Positions 7,375 to 17,803 of a DNA stretch of 32,000 nucleotides are shown piece by piece. Within the stretch, counting starts at the first letter, position 1. Each line of letters starts with the position of its first letter. The stretch covers positions 4,707 to 36,706 of the forward strand of contig NZ_SZZW01000008.1 of NCBI RefSeq assembly GCF_009829915.1, written 5' to 3'. Under the pieces are notes generated by a model. It ran no database searches. It was given only the letters and a program-made list of their open reading frames with translations, and was not told the DNA's origin. The translations under genes were made by a program, and so were the position numbers. Source of the DNA: Pantoea sp. Nvir (GTDB lineage Bacteria > Pseudomonadota > Gammaproteobacteria > Enterobacterales > Enterobacteriaceae).

Positions 7375-8241
7375 ATGATAGATAAGTTTTTTATAGCTGA
7401 TGCACTCTACGGTGATATGGTCAGTAAAGAAAAACAGCTCACAGTTAATTCGAACAATACTGTTCAGCCAGTTGCACTCATGCGACTTGGGGTCTTTGTT
7501 CCAAAGCCGACTAAATCACAGGGTGAGAACAACATTGTTGATGCATCTGAGTTATTTTCTCAGCTTGAACTTGCAAAAGCTGAGGGGTATGACAATATCA
7601 ATATCTCTGGTCCGCGCCTGGACATGGACTGTGATTTTAAAGTTTGGATAGGCATAATCTACGCGTTTAGTAAAGGTGGTATGAATACAAATAAGATTGA
7701 ACTCAAGTTCACAAAATTTGCAAAAGGTTGTGGCTTTTCAGCAAAGCGTATAGATGGTCGTCTACGTAGTTCTATCCATGATTCTTTGGGTAAGCTGAGG
7801 AATAAGTCTATCTCATTTAAACGTGGCGCGGATGTACGAGGAAGCTATCAAACTGGTTTATTAAAAACTGGTTACTTCGATGCTGACAGAGATATCATTC
7901 AACTTGAAGTAGATGAAAAGCTTTGGGAGCTGTTTCAGCTAGACTATCGAGTGTTACTGCAACAGTACGCTATTAAAGCTCTTCCGAAGAAAGAGGCTGC
8001 ACAGGCTATATACACGTTTATCGAGAGCTTACCAGCTAATCCAGTACCTGTGGGTTTCCAACGTTTACGTGAACGCCTATCGTTAACTAGTACTGTAAGC
8101 GAACAGAACCGTACGATAAAAAAGGCGTTGGATCAACTTCAACATATTGGATATCTGAAATTTTCTTTATTTCGCAAAGAGCGGGAGAATTTTTTAATTA
8201 TTCATAAAAGAAACCCAAAATTAAAACAATTGGATTTATGA
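7375..8241 (+). CDS. repA: Plasmid replication initiator RepA, P1 RepA / RepFIB family (replicon 1)
   Basis: 288-aa [33 protein letters not shown] and EAAQAIYTFIESLPANPVP match the remembered RepFIB RepA sequence ([19 protein letters not shown]..., [32 protein letters not shown]). The gene is flanked by iterons. Confidence 0.9.
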   Translation: MIDKFFIADALYGDMVSKEKQLTVNSNNTVQPVALMRLGVFVPKPTKSQGENNIVDASELFSQLELAKAEGYDNINISGPRLDMDCDFKVWIGIIYAFSKGGMNTNKIELKFTKFAKGCGFSAKRIDGRLRSSIHDSLGKLRNKSISFKRGADVRGSYQTGLLKTGYFDADRDIIQLEVDEKLWELFQLDYRVLLQQYAIKALPKKEAAQAIYTFIESLPANPVPVGFQRLRERLSLTSTVSEQNRTIKKALDQLQHIGYLKFSLFRKERENFLIIHKRNPKLKQLDL

Positions 8242-8244
8242 AAG

Positions 8245-8260
8245 TGTGTGCTGACGGGAT
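8245..8260 (+). repeat. Downstream iteron copy of replicon 1 (15/16 match, direct orientation)
   Basis: tgtgtgctgAcgggat lies immediately after the repA-1 stop. Confidence 0.7.
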
Positions 8261-8404
8261 GTACAGTTGCTTTGTTGAATACAAAGAAGTGTGACTACAT
8301 AACAAAACTCTCCTTATAAACACTGTTACATGTGCAATCAGAGGTAGTTAAGACATTAACAACCCACTTTTATACTTATTCATTTTGCTTAGAAATTAAT
8401 ATAC

Positions 8405-8420
8405 ATCCCGCCAGCACACA
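8405..8420 (-). repeat. Downstream iteron copy of replicon 1 (16/16 core, inverted orientation)
   Basis: atcccgccagcacaca is the reverse complement of tgtgtgctggcgggat. Confidence 0.75.
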
Positions 8421-8945
8421 TTTAAGATTCTCGTCAAACTATGACCCTAAGTTACAACTATTTATTTGATAAGAGTATTTTTTCCATTGTAAGATCGCAC
8501 AGTTGAGAAAATACAGATTTGTATAGTAAGGTGTAGAGACCACTAAACGGAGGCATATTATAGAGCTGATACTAAATACTCTACAGCAAAAGCACAGTAC
8601 TACTAAGTAGTGCAAAGGATATTATAATTTCAAATTATCCTTATATTTTGTGATATACTGACTAAAGTATCTTATAATCCCCTGTTTTAAACAGCTAAAC
8701 ACGTAAAACTTAAGTTTATAGTTACAATAATGCCTTATTTACCACGTTAACACCTTCAGTCAATGTTATATGATAGATAGGATTGTCATCAAAATTGATC
8801 GCGAGTGTGTATTTTGAAAAAAATTAAAAACCAGTTACAGTATACCCTGGTGCCATAACTAAAATATGACGGTACACCGTTAATAATTTAACTTATATGA
8901 TATAGGTTAAATTCGAAAAGATAAATGCGACAATATGGTGAAACC

Positions 8946-9572
8946 ATGTTCATCAGAGCTTATTTAAGGGCGTCAACAGAAGATCAGTTTGCCGATCGGG
9001 CAAAAAAAGTCTTAGAACAATTTGTTCAAGAACGAGGGCATAAAATAGCTAGTTACTATAGTGAAAATGTGAGCGGTACAACGCTTGACCGTCCGGAATT
9101 GGGGCGGTTACTAATGGATAGCCATCACAACGATATTTTACTAGTAGAACAAATAGACCGACTAACCCGTCTAAGCAACAGTGACTGGATAACAATGAAA
9201 AAACAGATTGAGCAACATAAGCTCCGCATTGTCAGTCTGGATGTTCCTACCTCATGGCAGGCACTGTCGGATAAAGAACCCTCACAAACTGATCCAATAA
9301 CACACGCCGTTATTACAGCTATCAATAACATGCTAATTGACTTAATGGCAGCGATGTCACATAAAGATTGGTTAAGCCGACGTCAAAGGCAAAAACAGGG
9401 GATAGAGCGGGCACATATGCTAGGTAAATACCGAGGAAGACGTGCCGACCACGATCGGCACCAGAAAGTCTTGTACTACCGACAGGTTAAAAAACTAAGT
9501 ATACGGGAAACTGCAGACGCCACAGGATACAGTACCTCCCAAGTATGCTGGTCTGGTATCCGTTCCACTTAA
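8946..9572 (+). CDS. Serine recombinase (resolvase/invertase family)
   Basis: The track ORF starts at 8925, but the family-typical start is MFIRAYLRASTEDQ (catalytic-Ser motif Y-x-R-x-S-x-x-x-Q) at the 8946 ATG. Also present are DRPELGRLL, LLVEQIDRLTR and a C-terminal HTH-like LSIRETADATGYSTSQV. Confidence 0.85.
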   Translation: MFIRAYLRASTEDQFADRAKKVLEQFVQERGHKIASYYSENVSGTTLDRPELGRLLMDSHHNDILLVEQIDRLTRLSNSDWITMKKQIEQHKLRIVSLDVPTSWQALSDKEPSQTDPITHAVITAINNMLIDLMAAMSHKDWLSRRQRQKQGIERAHMLGKYRGRRADHDRHQKVLYYRQVKKLSIRETADATGYSTSQVCWSGIRST

Positions 9573-9740
9573 TTGGTTAAACCACAACCTAGTGCACTTG
9601 CACAACAGAAAATAAGTCTTAGAATGTGGAGAAAATATTTTTTCTAGTAAAAAAATAAAAATTATCTTTCTTTAACAAAAAGAAAATTATTTATGCATCC
9701 ACAGCAACACATAATAAAGTTCTAAAAAAGAAAGGTCTTT

Positions 9741-11012
9741 ATGGAAAAGCTATCCTACGCGTTTGAAAACAGCACATCTGCTTGGTCTACCTATCTCCAG
9801 CAAATCGACCGTGTTGCACCCTATCTTGGCGAACTGGGGTGCTGGATAGATACACTTCGCCACCCAAAACGCGCTCTGATCGTTGATATTCCTTTGCAAA
9901 TGGATAACGGCACTATCCGCCATTTTGAAGGTTACCGCGTTCAGCATAATCTTTCGCGCGGACCTGGGAAAGGCGGTGTTCGCTATCATCCCAATGTAGA
10001 TCTTAACGAAGTAATGGCTCTTTCCGCGTGGATGACTATTAAGTGCGCTGCAGTCAACCTGCCTTACGGAGGCGCCAAAGGAGGCATTCGATGTGATCCT
10101 TTTGCACTATCGGAAAGCGAACTAGAGCGCTTAACTCGCCGTTACACCAGTGAGATCGGCATCATAATTGGACCACAAAAGGATATTCCTGCACCTGATG
10201 TTGGTACCAACAGTAAGGTAATGGCATGGATGATGGACACCTACTCTATGAACAGTGGTACGACAGTGACCGGTGTGGTAACAGGTAAACCTATTCACCT
10301 CGGCGGCTCGCTGGGAAGAGAGAAAGCAACTGGTCGCGGCGTGTTTATTACTGGCCGTGAAATGGCGCGGCGTGCGAGCATTCCTATTGAAGGTGCTCGT
10401 GTAGCGGTACAGGGATTCGGCAACGTCGGTAGCGAGGCAGCGCGTCTGTTCAGCGAAGCCGGCGCCTCTGTAGTAGCAGTTCAAGATCACAGCGCCACCC
10501 TTGCTAATCTGAACGGTATTGATATGGCTGCGCTGACACGCTGGCAACAACAGTATAAACAGATCCGCGATTTTCCAGACGCGCAAGAGATTGATGGAGA
10601 GGCATTCTGGACTACTCAGATGGATATCTTGATACCGGCGGCAATTGAAGGGCAAATCACACGTGCGCGAGCCGAAACACTAAGCTGTAAACTTTTACTA
10701 GAAGGTGCAAACGGCCCTACTTATCCTGAAGCAGACGACATGCTGGCCGCGCGCGATATTATCGTAGTACCAGATGTCGTCTGTAACGCGGGAGGTGTTA
10801 CAGTAAGTTACTTCGAATGGGTACAGGACATGGCAAGTTTTTTTTGGAGCGAGGAAGAGATTAATGCACGAATGGATAAGATCATGACTGACGCCATAGT
10901 ACATGTCTGGAACAAATCTAAAGAGAAGAGTTGTTCGCTGCGTACAGCAGCCTATATCGTTGCGTGTGAGCGTATTTTAATAGCACGCAAAGAACGCGGT
11001 ATTTATCCTTGA
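9741..11012 (+). CDS. Glutamate dehydrogenase (Glu/Leu/Phe/Val dehydrogenase family, about 420-aa class)
   Basis: 423-aa ORF with [21 protein letters not shown] (catalytic Lys region) and the dinucleotide fold [11 protein letters not shown]. Confidence 0.9.
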   Translation: MEKLSYAFENSTSAWSTYLQQIDRVAPYLGELGCWIDTLRHPKRALIVDIPLQMDNGTIRHFEGYRVQHNLSRGPGKGGVRYHPNVDLNEVMALSAWMTIKCAAVNLPYGGAKGGIRCDPFALSESELERLTRRYTSEIGIIIGPQKDIPAPDVGTNSKVMAWMMDTYSMNSGTTVTGVVTGKPIHLGGSLGREKATGRGVFITGREMARRASIPIEGARVAVQGFGNVGSEAARLFSEAGASVVAVQDHSATLANLNGIDMAALTRWQQQYKQIRDFPDAQEIDGEAFWTTQMDILIPAAIEGQITRARAETLSCKLLLEGANGPTYPEADDMLAARDIIVVPDVVCNAGGVTVSYFEWVQDMASFFWSEEEINARMDKIMTDAIVHVWNKSKEKSCSLRTAAYIVACERILIARKERGIYP

Positions 11013-11066
11013 TAAAAAAGCTGAATACAGTAAGCCCGATTTTTAGAAATCGCACATGACTACCGT

Positions 11067-11125
11067 CAGTAGCGCAGTGCTAGTAGCCACCCTACATTTA
11101 GGTGGCTACTAGCACTGCGCTACTG
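11067..11125. repeat. 25-bp perfect inverted repeat with 9-nt loop between convergent genes (probable bidirectional terminator or REP-like element)
   Basis: cagtagcgcagtgctagtagccacc (11067-11091), loop ctacattta, ggtggctactagcactgcgctactg (11101-11125). No T-tract follows on either strand. Confidence 0.6.
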
Positions 11126-11180
11126 CGACTACGTAATCTCTGGATATACCACTGACAAAGCCATTAGGCATAACATCACG

Positions 11181-14100
11181 TTATTCCGTTGTCTTGCGAT
11201 TACTCAGGGAAGCTTTAACAAACTCAGCAGCGCGTTTTCCTGCTAAGAATGCATGGTCCGAATTATAATACTCCCACTCGCTGTAACGTCCTGAAAGATA
11301 AATACCCTGAGTTGCCAACCAACTGCGAATCAAATGTACATTTGCCTGACGATAGTGGTCATATACCACATAAGCATAAGGCATATCTACCTCATTTGCA
11401 GTAATAATAACATCTTCAGTACGAAGAATACCAACACGAATACAGTCGTCAATACAGCGCTGAATCAATGCGTCACCTTCACAAGGTAAAGGTTGCTCAG
11501 TGCGGTAGGTGATCTCACAGATGAGGCCAAAGCATCCTGCTGGATTACATTCCGGGCTGGCATTCCCTTGTAAAAAAATGCGGTGAAACAGAGTATCTCC
11601 TGGATAGTAAATCCAGTGTTTATCGCTTAGAGCTTCGCGCCCAATACCGAGATTAACACAGCGCACTGAAACGTGATTTAGTAATAACGCAGCTTTCTGA
11701 ATAGCTTCTGGCACGCAATTGCCCATCAGTTGCACTAGTTCAGGTAGCGGTAGTGTGCTGATCATTTGCTCATAGCGATAATGACGACCATCCTTAGTAA
11801 TAACATCACGATTTTTTAGCTGGATCTCAACGATCTCAGATTGAGTATCTAGCGCGCATTTAAGATAAGGTAGGAAGCCGTTCATTAATGCCTGAAAACC
11901 GCCACGTTTGGGATAACCAAAACGTGCATTAGGTCCGACAGGATTGTCCAGCGGCATCAGCGCACCAGAAATAATTTGTTCTAAATTAGGCATTGGAACT
12001 CGCTCACCGAGCCAAGATGTCTCTATATTAGCAAGCGACATCTTCCACAGTTTACGATTATAAGGAATTGCAAAATGACGCGCAATGCCTCTTCCCCAAG
12101 TACGGAAGATAAATTTTTCAAAATCTTCACCGGTGTTTTCTGCCTCCCCTGCCGATTTTGTCGCTTCAGCGTTAAACATACCATCTGAGCAACACACCGC
12201 CTGTCCTGTTGTATTCAACAGTGTGGTATTCCGAGTGCCATGTATACCGTAACAAGCTTCTACTGCTCCCAATATACACTCACTAATTACCTCTGCCGGT
12301 AACCCATATAATGATGACTGAAAAGGGTAACGAGTAAAGACATTATGGCTATAAACCCAAGCTTCACGCGTTTGCCAATGCAGGTTATCACCAAGTAGTT
12401 TTTCATAGAGTTGTAAAACATAAGGATCTTTTGAAAACATGATATGACCGGCATAATCAAAGGTAAATCCTTTTTCTTGAATTGAACGACACCAACCGCC
12501 CGGCGTTTCATTTTTTTCTAGTAATACCGCGCCTTCACCGTAGTGGTAACCTATGCTTAAGCCGGTTGGTCCTGCACCTAGAATCAGACATTCAACAGGA
12601 CGTGATGGCACCATATGTATCGGCTTATTAGTATCTAGACTCTTATTATAGGAAATAGTTTGAACAACTTTTTTATTTCGTAGACCAGCAATATGCTCTT
12701 GCATCCGCTCAACGGTACTATCCCAAGAAGTTTTAGCAATAATTATTGCCATTTTTGCTGCCTGTTCTCTACGAGCTTCTTCGCTGAGATCTAAAACATT
12801 TTCGCAAGCATTTATAAAATCTTGCGTAGTGTCAACAATATTGACCACATCATTAAAATGGCGCACTATATCCGGGACCGCCGTGCTAACAATTGGCAGT
12901 TGCGCAGCCATATACTCCAGTACTTTAGTAGGGCTAATAAAACGAGTTGAGGTATTTAGCACAAAAGGTATCAGGCAGATATCCCATCCTACTAAGAAAT
13001 GGGGTAAGGCCTCGTAGGGCTGTTGACCGAACCAATGAAGATTAGTTCGCTGGGGCAGCGTGTTGGGATCTATTTTTACCACTGGACCGACCATCACTAT
13101 CTGCCATTCAGGACGGGCATCAGCCAGCGCTCCAATCAGTGCAATATCCATACGTTCGTCAATTACACCGTAATAGCCTAATCGTGGGCTCGGAAGAGTC
13201 TGCTGTAGCGGATGACCGTTACTACGGTCAAGCGCCTGCTCAAAATGAGCGGCATCGACACTACTAGGAAAACAATACACGTTTTTGTGTCGATGCTTTT
13301 TCGCTTCATATAGGCTGGTACCACCGGTAAACACAATATCAGCACAGTTAAGTAATTCTGATTCGCGTTGTTGAAGCTGTTGAGGTGCCATATGGAAAGC
13401 AGAAAGTTCATCCATGCAGTCATAAATAATGGCTCTGGGATTAAAGCAAGTTAACAACGGCAGCGCCATTGGAGTATAGAACCAAATTAACGGCTGTTCA
13501 TCTTTCTCCAGCAGTAAAGTTAATAAGGGTTGTAATACTATTATTTGGCTATCATGGAAACCTGGAGCGTCAACATCTGTATGTGGTTCAATAACGGTTA
13601 CGTTCGGTGCGGCTACGTAAGTATGTAGCCCTGCTTCACCGGGTTGATAAACTGGCTCCTCAATAAAGAGAACGCGGTAGTATTGAGCGAGGCGAGATAA
13701 TAAATGCTGTGGACGTTGAAAAACGAAACCCCAGCGCAGATGACTAAATACCACTAAAACAGAATGTTTCATAAAGGACTCCTGTGGCCTGATAGACGAT
13801 GATAGAAAAAATTGAAATCGGTGCAGTGTTCTTTGGGATTGCCGCAAAGCTGCAGCTGTGGGTTGATGTAACAGACGTGTAAAATCAGAGGCAATGTCCC
13901 AGAGTCCGCTATGCGGCCAATATTGGGGATCTTCCCAAAGAGGACTGTCAAGAATAGGATAAATACATATCCCTTGGATATCGCAGCCATTAAGCTGTGC
14001 CTGAGCTACTTGTGCAGCAATATGGTTTATCCAAGCTGGTCGGCCACTTCCGACATGGCTGGTTTCTGAGAGCAGAATCGGGCGTTGATAACGTTGTGAT

Positions 14101-14969
14101 AAGTTTACTAGCATTTTGTGCAACGGCATGCGACGAGTATCGCCTAGATGCCAATGCAGACGCAGATTAGAGTTAGTTTCCCATTGATTAGCGTGATAAT
14201 AATTAGCGCCGATAATATCAAGATAGCGTGGCATGCCGCCCAGTTCTGGCTCACACATACCAACTAGCATATCCCATGCTTGAAATTGCGCAGCATTAAG
14301 GTCAGCGGTACGCTGGTGACAGTGATCGCTGTCTTCATCGGGGACTAAATAGATGATAGGATCACAATGAAGAAACCGCGCCCGCGGGTCAACGAGCCAA
14401 ATGGCTTCGCAGCCCGCTAAAGTAGCCCGTACTAGTTGACGCTTAATCGCATTTGAATCGTCATGGTGGTAATTGCCAAACAGTCCATCAGAGAGTCCCC
14501 AACTCAGAAAAGAGATCTCATTCATAGGGGAATAAATAGGCGAGCAAGCGTACCACGGTTTTAAAAACTTGGCGACACGCCGGCAAAATTCCGCAAATCT
14601 TAGAATAAAATCATCAGAAAAAAGATCAAGATTTTTTGGCCAACCGTAGTGGCAAAAAGTCCAGTTGATCTGTATTCCTAGTTTATAGGCCGCCTCCATT
14701 TTACCTTTGATAGTAGCGAAGGTCTGTTTTGGATCTACTTCCATTTGCCTCCAACCGATACTTTCTCTCACGGTAATAATGTTAAAATGTTTTAAAGCAA
14801 CATAGTCATTGTAAAACTGCGTTTGATGATCATTCAGTATATCCATTACCAGCGGTCTTCCTTCAGTATTGATATGGTCAGCACCTTCATAACCGGCCTG
14901 CCAGAAACTAGAAAAAGACAAAATCACACCCTCCTGTAAAGATTCAGGAAAAAACATCCATATTTCCAT
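11181..14969 (-). CDS. Tri-modular ORF: N-terminal clan-A TIM-barrel glycoside-hydrolase-like module (aa 1-399), GT-B glycosyltransferase module (aa 400 to about 770), C-terminal FAD-dependent UDP-galactopyranose-mutase/amine-oxidase-like module (aa about 786-1262)
   Basis: A single uninterrupted 1262-aa ORF. The GH-like module has NEISFLSW and LLSETSH, candidate acid/base and nucleophile Glu. The GT module begins MKHSVLVVFSHLRWGFVFQRPQHL at the ATG 13772..13770, which is preceded by AGGAG with a 6-nt spacer. The FAD module has ECLILGAGPTGLS...LLEKNETPGGW (GxGxxG plus E...GG). Confidence 0.8.
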   Translation of the reverse strand: MEIWMFFPESLQEGVILSFSSFWQAGYEGADHINTEGRPLVMDILNDHQTQFYNDYVALKHFNIITVRESIGWRQMEVDPKQTFATIKGKMEAAYKLGIQINWTFCHYGWPKNLDLFSDDFILRFAEFCRRVAKFLKPWYACSPIYSPMNEISFLSWGLSDGLFGNYHHDDSNAIKRQLVRATLAGCEAIWLVDPRARFLHCDPIIYLVPDEDSDHCHQRTADLNAAQFQAWDMLVGMCEPELGGMPRYLDIIGANYYHANQWETNSNLRLHWHLGDTRRMPLHKMLVNLSQRYQRPILLSETSHVGSGRPAWINHIAAQVAQAQLNGCDIQGICIYPILDSPLWEDPQYWPHSGLWDIASDFTRLLHQPTAAALRQSQRTLHRFQFFLSSSIRPQESFMKHSVLVVFSHLRWGFVFQRPQHLLSRLAQYYRVLFIEEPVYQPGEAGLHTYVAAPNVTVIEPHTDVDAPGFHDSQIIVLQPLLTLLLEKDEQPLIWFYTPMALPLLTCFNPRAIIYDCMDELSAFHMAPQQLQQRESELLNCADIVFTGGTSLYEAKKHRHKNVYCFPSSVDAAHFEQALDRSNGHPLQQTLPSPRLGYYGVIDERMDIALIGALADARPEWQIVMVGPVVKIDPNTLPQRTNLHWFGQQPYEALPHFLVGWDICLIPFVLNTSTRFISPTKVLEYMAAQLPIVSTAVPDIVRHFNDVVNIVDTTQDFINACENVLDLSEEARREQAAKMAIIIAKTSWDSTVERMQEHIAGLRNKKVVQTISYNKSLDTNKPIHMVPSRPVECLILGAGPTGLSIGYHYGEGAVLLEKNETPGGWCRSIQEKGFTFDYAGHIMFSKDPYVLQLYEKLLGDNLHWQTREAWVYSHNVFTRYPFQSSLYGLPAEVISECILGAVEACYGIHGTRNTTLLNTTGQAVCCSDGMFNAEATKSAGEAENTGEDFEKFIFRTWGRGIARHFAIPYNRKLWKMSLANIETSWLGERVPMPNLEQIISGALMPLDNPVGPNARFGYPKRGGFQALMNGFLPYLKCALDTQSEIVEIQLKNRDVITKDGRHYRYEQMISTLPLPELVQLMGNCVPEAIQKAALLLNHVSVRCVNLGIGREALSDKHWIYYPGDTLFHRIFLQGNASPECNPAGCFGLICEITYRTEQPLPCEGDALIQRCIDDCIRVGILRTEDVIITANEVDMPYAYVVYDHYRQANVHLIRSWLATQGIYLSGRYSEWEYYNSDHAFLAGKRAAEFVKASLSNRKTTE

Positions 14970-15490
14970 ACATTCAACGATATTTCTGTCATAGCAAAAG
15001 AATCGAATAGAGCCGAAAACGATATCTTTACTAATTATTTCTGTATGCGAAAATTTAAAGTTTGTGTGTAATTGAAGAAGTTTGAATTCAAGAAAAACTT
15101 TATCCGGTAAGCAGATAAAAAAGAATCTATAAATTACTAGTTTCAGTGAGCGAACACTTTTAATTGGAGTATAACTCTCCTTACTCTTCCCACAAGAAAT
15201 TCAAGAAAAAGAAAATTGAATCATTCTATAAAAAGCAATTTGTACTCACGGTATACTTACGAGCCCTAGTATCTATATGTTTATATAGTTCAATATCCTA
15301 AACGGCTAGAGCTATTCCATTAGAAATAGCAGAATACATGCTAATAAAACTACCTTATCATGTAGAGAAAGCACATCCTATCTGTACTGAGTGGGGTGAG
15401 ATGTTCTAAACCAAAAGCTGTGTAAAATTTTTTATCTTTTATATATCTGGTAATTGAAGCTTGTGCAACTAGTATAAAGAGCACATTTGT

Positions 15491-17803
15491 ATGAAAAATC
15501 AAAATAAAGATATTGGTATTGTGCCTTATGGAGGCCCGGCAGGTGGATGGGGTGCGCTGAAAGCGGTGGTAGATGCGATTCGTGGGCAGATGTCAGTTAA
15601 AGAAAATATAATTGCGCTGTTTAAAGTCAATCAGCCTCAGGGATTTGACTGTCCCGGTTGTGCTTGGCCCGATCCACAATATCATTCATCCTTTGAGTTT
15701 TGTGAAAACGGTGCTAAAGCTGTCTCTTGGGAAGCTACTAGCAAGCGAAATACACCAGAATTTTTTGCAGCTCATACCGTTAGTGCACTGTGGAAACTTA
15801 ATGCATTTGAGCTAGAAGGAGAAGGGCGACTGACGCATCCCATGAAGTATAATTCAACCAGCGATACCTATCAGACCATTCAATGGGAAACGGCCTTTCG
15901 CGAGATTGGCACACTTTTACGAAACTACATTGATCCCAACAGTGTAGAATTTTATACTTCGGGACGTACTTCTAATGAGGCTGCATTTCTCTGGCAACTT
16001 TTCGCCCGTGAATATGGCACCAATAACTTTCCTGATTGTTCTAATATGTGTCATGAACCGACTAGCGTCGGGCTACTGCAATCTATAGGCATCGGCAAAG
16101 GTACAGTGAATCTGGAAGATTTTAATCACTGTGATCTAGTGCTCTGCATTGGCCATAATCCCGGCACTAATCATCCGCGCATGCTGGCGACACTACGCGA
16201 AGTTTCCAAACGCGGTAAAAAAATCGTAGCGATAAATCCTCTACGTGAGCGTGGGCTGGAGCGTTTTACCCTACCACAGAGCCCGATTGAGATGTTATCA
16301 ATGAGATCAACACAGATAGCGTCTATGTACTATAAAGTGCGAGTCGGCGGTGATGCAGCGATGCTAAAGGGCATAATGAAGTGTTTGCTGGTAATGCATA
16401 AAGATAGGATATCATTAAAAGAGCAAGGCGTGCTGGATGAAACTTTTATAAAAGAGCATACCGAAGGTTTTGACGCTCTAAAAGCAGACCTTGATGAAAC
16501 AGAATGGTCATATATTTTTAAGGTTTCAGGTATGACGTTCGCAGATCTTCAAAATATTGCTCACTTATACGCCACAGCGGAAAACACTATCATTTGTTAT
16601 GGCATGGGAATAACGCAGCATCAACACGGTACGCAAAACGTTCAGCAGATCGCTAATCTTTTACTATTACGTGGCAATATTGGCAAACGCGGCGCAGGAA
16701 TCTGTCCGTTGCGCGGTCACTCAAACGTACAGGGCGATCGTACCGTCGGCATTACAGAAAAACCGCCGCTGTGGATGCTAAATAATATCGAAAAGGTGTT
16801 TGGTTTTAAGCCTCCGCACAAACATGGACACGGCGCGGTAGCAGCCATACAGGCAATACGCGACGGCAAGGCTAAAGCGTTATTGTGTTTAGGCGGTAAT
16901 CTAGCGGAAGCTATCTCTGATCCACAAGTAACTTTTAAAGCAATGCGCACACTCGATTTAGTAGTGCATATTGCAACTAAGCTTAACCGCTCTCATCTAC
17001 TTCTCGGCAAGCACAATTACCTATTTCCAGTACTGGGCCGTACTGAAGTTGACCGACAAGCATCAGGCGTGCAGAGCATTACAGTAGAAGATTCCATGTC
17101 GATGGTACACGCATCCCGAGGGACACTGATGCCTGTTTCACCACATCTTAAATCAGAACCGGCGCTAATAGCTGATCTAGCGAAAGCGACGCTGCTCAAT
17201 TCACGTGTAGACTGGAAGAAAATGGTGAGCGACTATAGCCTTATTCGAGATGCTATTGAAGCGATCATCCCTGGTTTTGATAATTTTAACAAGCGTATCC
17301 TGATACCAGGTGGTTTCCGTTTGCCAATTGCGGCCTCGCAACGTAAATGGCTAACGCCCAGTAGCAAAGCTCAGTTTAAAGTAATGCAGGGAATAAATGA
17401 AGACCCATGTTCGCTGAAGTGTCATGATTTGGTACTAACTACGCTGCGTAGCCATGACCAGTATAATACTACGCTCTATGGTTTGAATGACCGATACCGC
17501 GGTGTTACGGGTCGTCGTGATGTGCTGTTTATAGCGGCAGCTGAAGCAGAAAAACGACAGTTACGTGATGGCGATAAAGTCAATATAATAACGCTCGATA
17601 ATGAAGGTAACCGCACCAAGCGGCGACTAGATAACCTTACGCTTGTAGTGTATGACATGGCGCCAGGATCGGTAGCAGCTTACTATCCGGAAGCTAACAT
17701 TATGGTACCACTTGAAAGCTATGATAACGAAAGTGGTACTCCCTCCTATAAAAGCATCCCCGTAGTGTTAGAGCTAATAGACACTTTAGGAGTACTTCTC
17801 TAA
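15491..17803 (+). CDS. ydeP: FdhF/YdeP-family molybdopterin (bis-MGD) oxidoreductase
   Basis: 770-aa ORF, collinear with my remembered E. coli YdeP sequence: GGWGA, FDCPGCAWPDP, SGRTSNEAAFL.QLFAREYG.NNFPDCSNMCHEPTSVGL, GICPLRGHSNVQGDRTVGITEKP, RSHDQYNTT.YG..DRYRGV. Confidence 0.9.
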   Translation: MKNQNKDIGIVPYGGPAGGWGALKAVVDAIRGQMSVKENIIALFKVNQPQGFDCPGCAWPDPQYHSSFEFCENGAKAVSWEATSKRNTPEFFAAHTVSALWKLNAFELEGEGRLTHPMKYNSTSDTYQTIQWETAFREIGTLLRNYIDPNSVEFYTSGRTSNEAAFLWQLFAREYGTNNFPDCSNMCHEPTSVGLLQSIGIGKGTVNLEDFNHCDLVLCIGHNPGTNHPRMLATLREVSKRGKKIVAINPLRERGLERFTLPQSPIEMLSMRSTQIASMYYKVRVGGDAAMLKGIMKCLLVMHKDRISLKEQGVLDETFIKEHTEGFDALKADLDETEWSYIFKVSGMTFADLQNIAHLYATAENTIICYGMGITQHQHGTQNVQQIANLLLLRGNIGKRGAGICPLRGHSNVQGDRTVGITEKPPLWMLNNIEKVFGFKPPHKHGHGAVAAIQAIRDGKAKALLCLGGNLAEAISDPQVTFKAMRTLDLVVHIATKLNRSHLLLGKHNYLFPVLGRTEVDRQASGVQSITVEDSMSMVHASRGTLMPVSPHLKSEPALIADLAKATLLNSRVDWKKMVSDYSLIRDAIEAIIPGFDNFNKRILIPGGFRLPIAASQRKWLTPSSKAQFKVMQGINEDPCSLKCHDLVLTTLRSHDQYNTTLYGLNDRYRGVTGRRDVLFIAAAEAEKRQLRDGDKVNIITLDNEGNRTKRRLDNLTLVVYDMAPGSVAAYYPEANIMVPLESYDNESGTPSYKSIPVVLELIDTLGVLL

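Noticed and set aside
11181-14969. Annotating the 1262-aa ORF as three separate genes (GH, GT, FAD enzyme).
   Set aside because: The frame contains no stop codon between the modules, so the sequence as given supports one ORF. The internal SD plus ATG at 13772 is reported as a finding rather than as a separate CDS.
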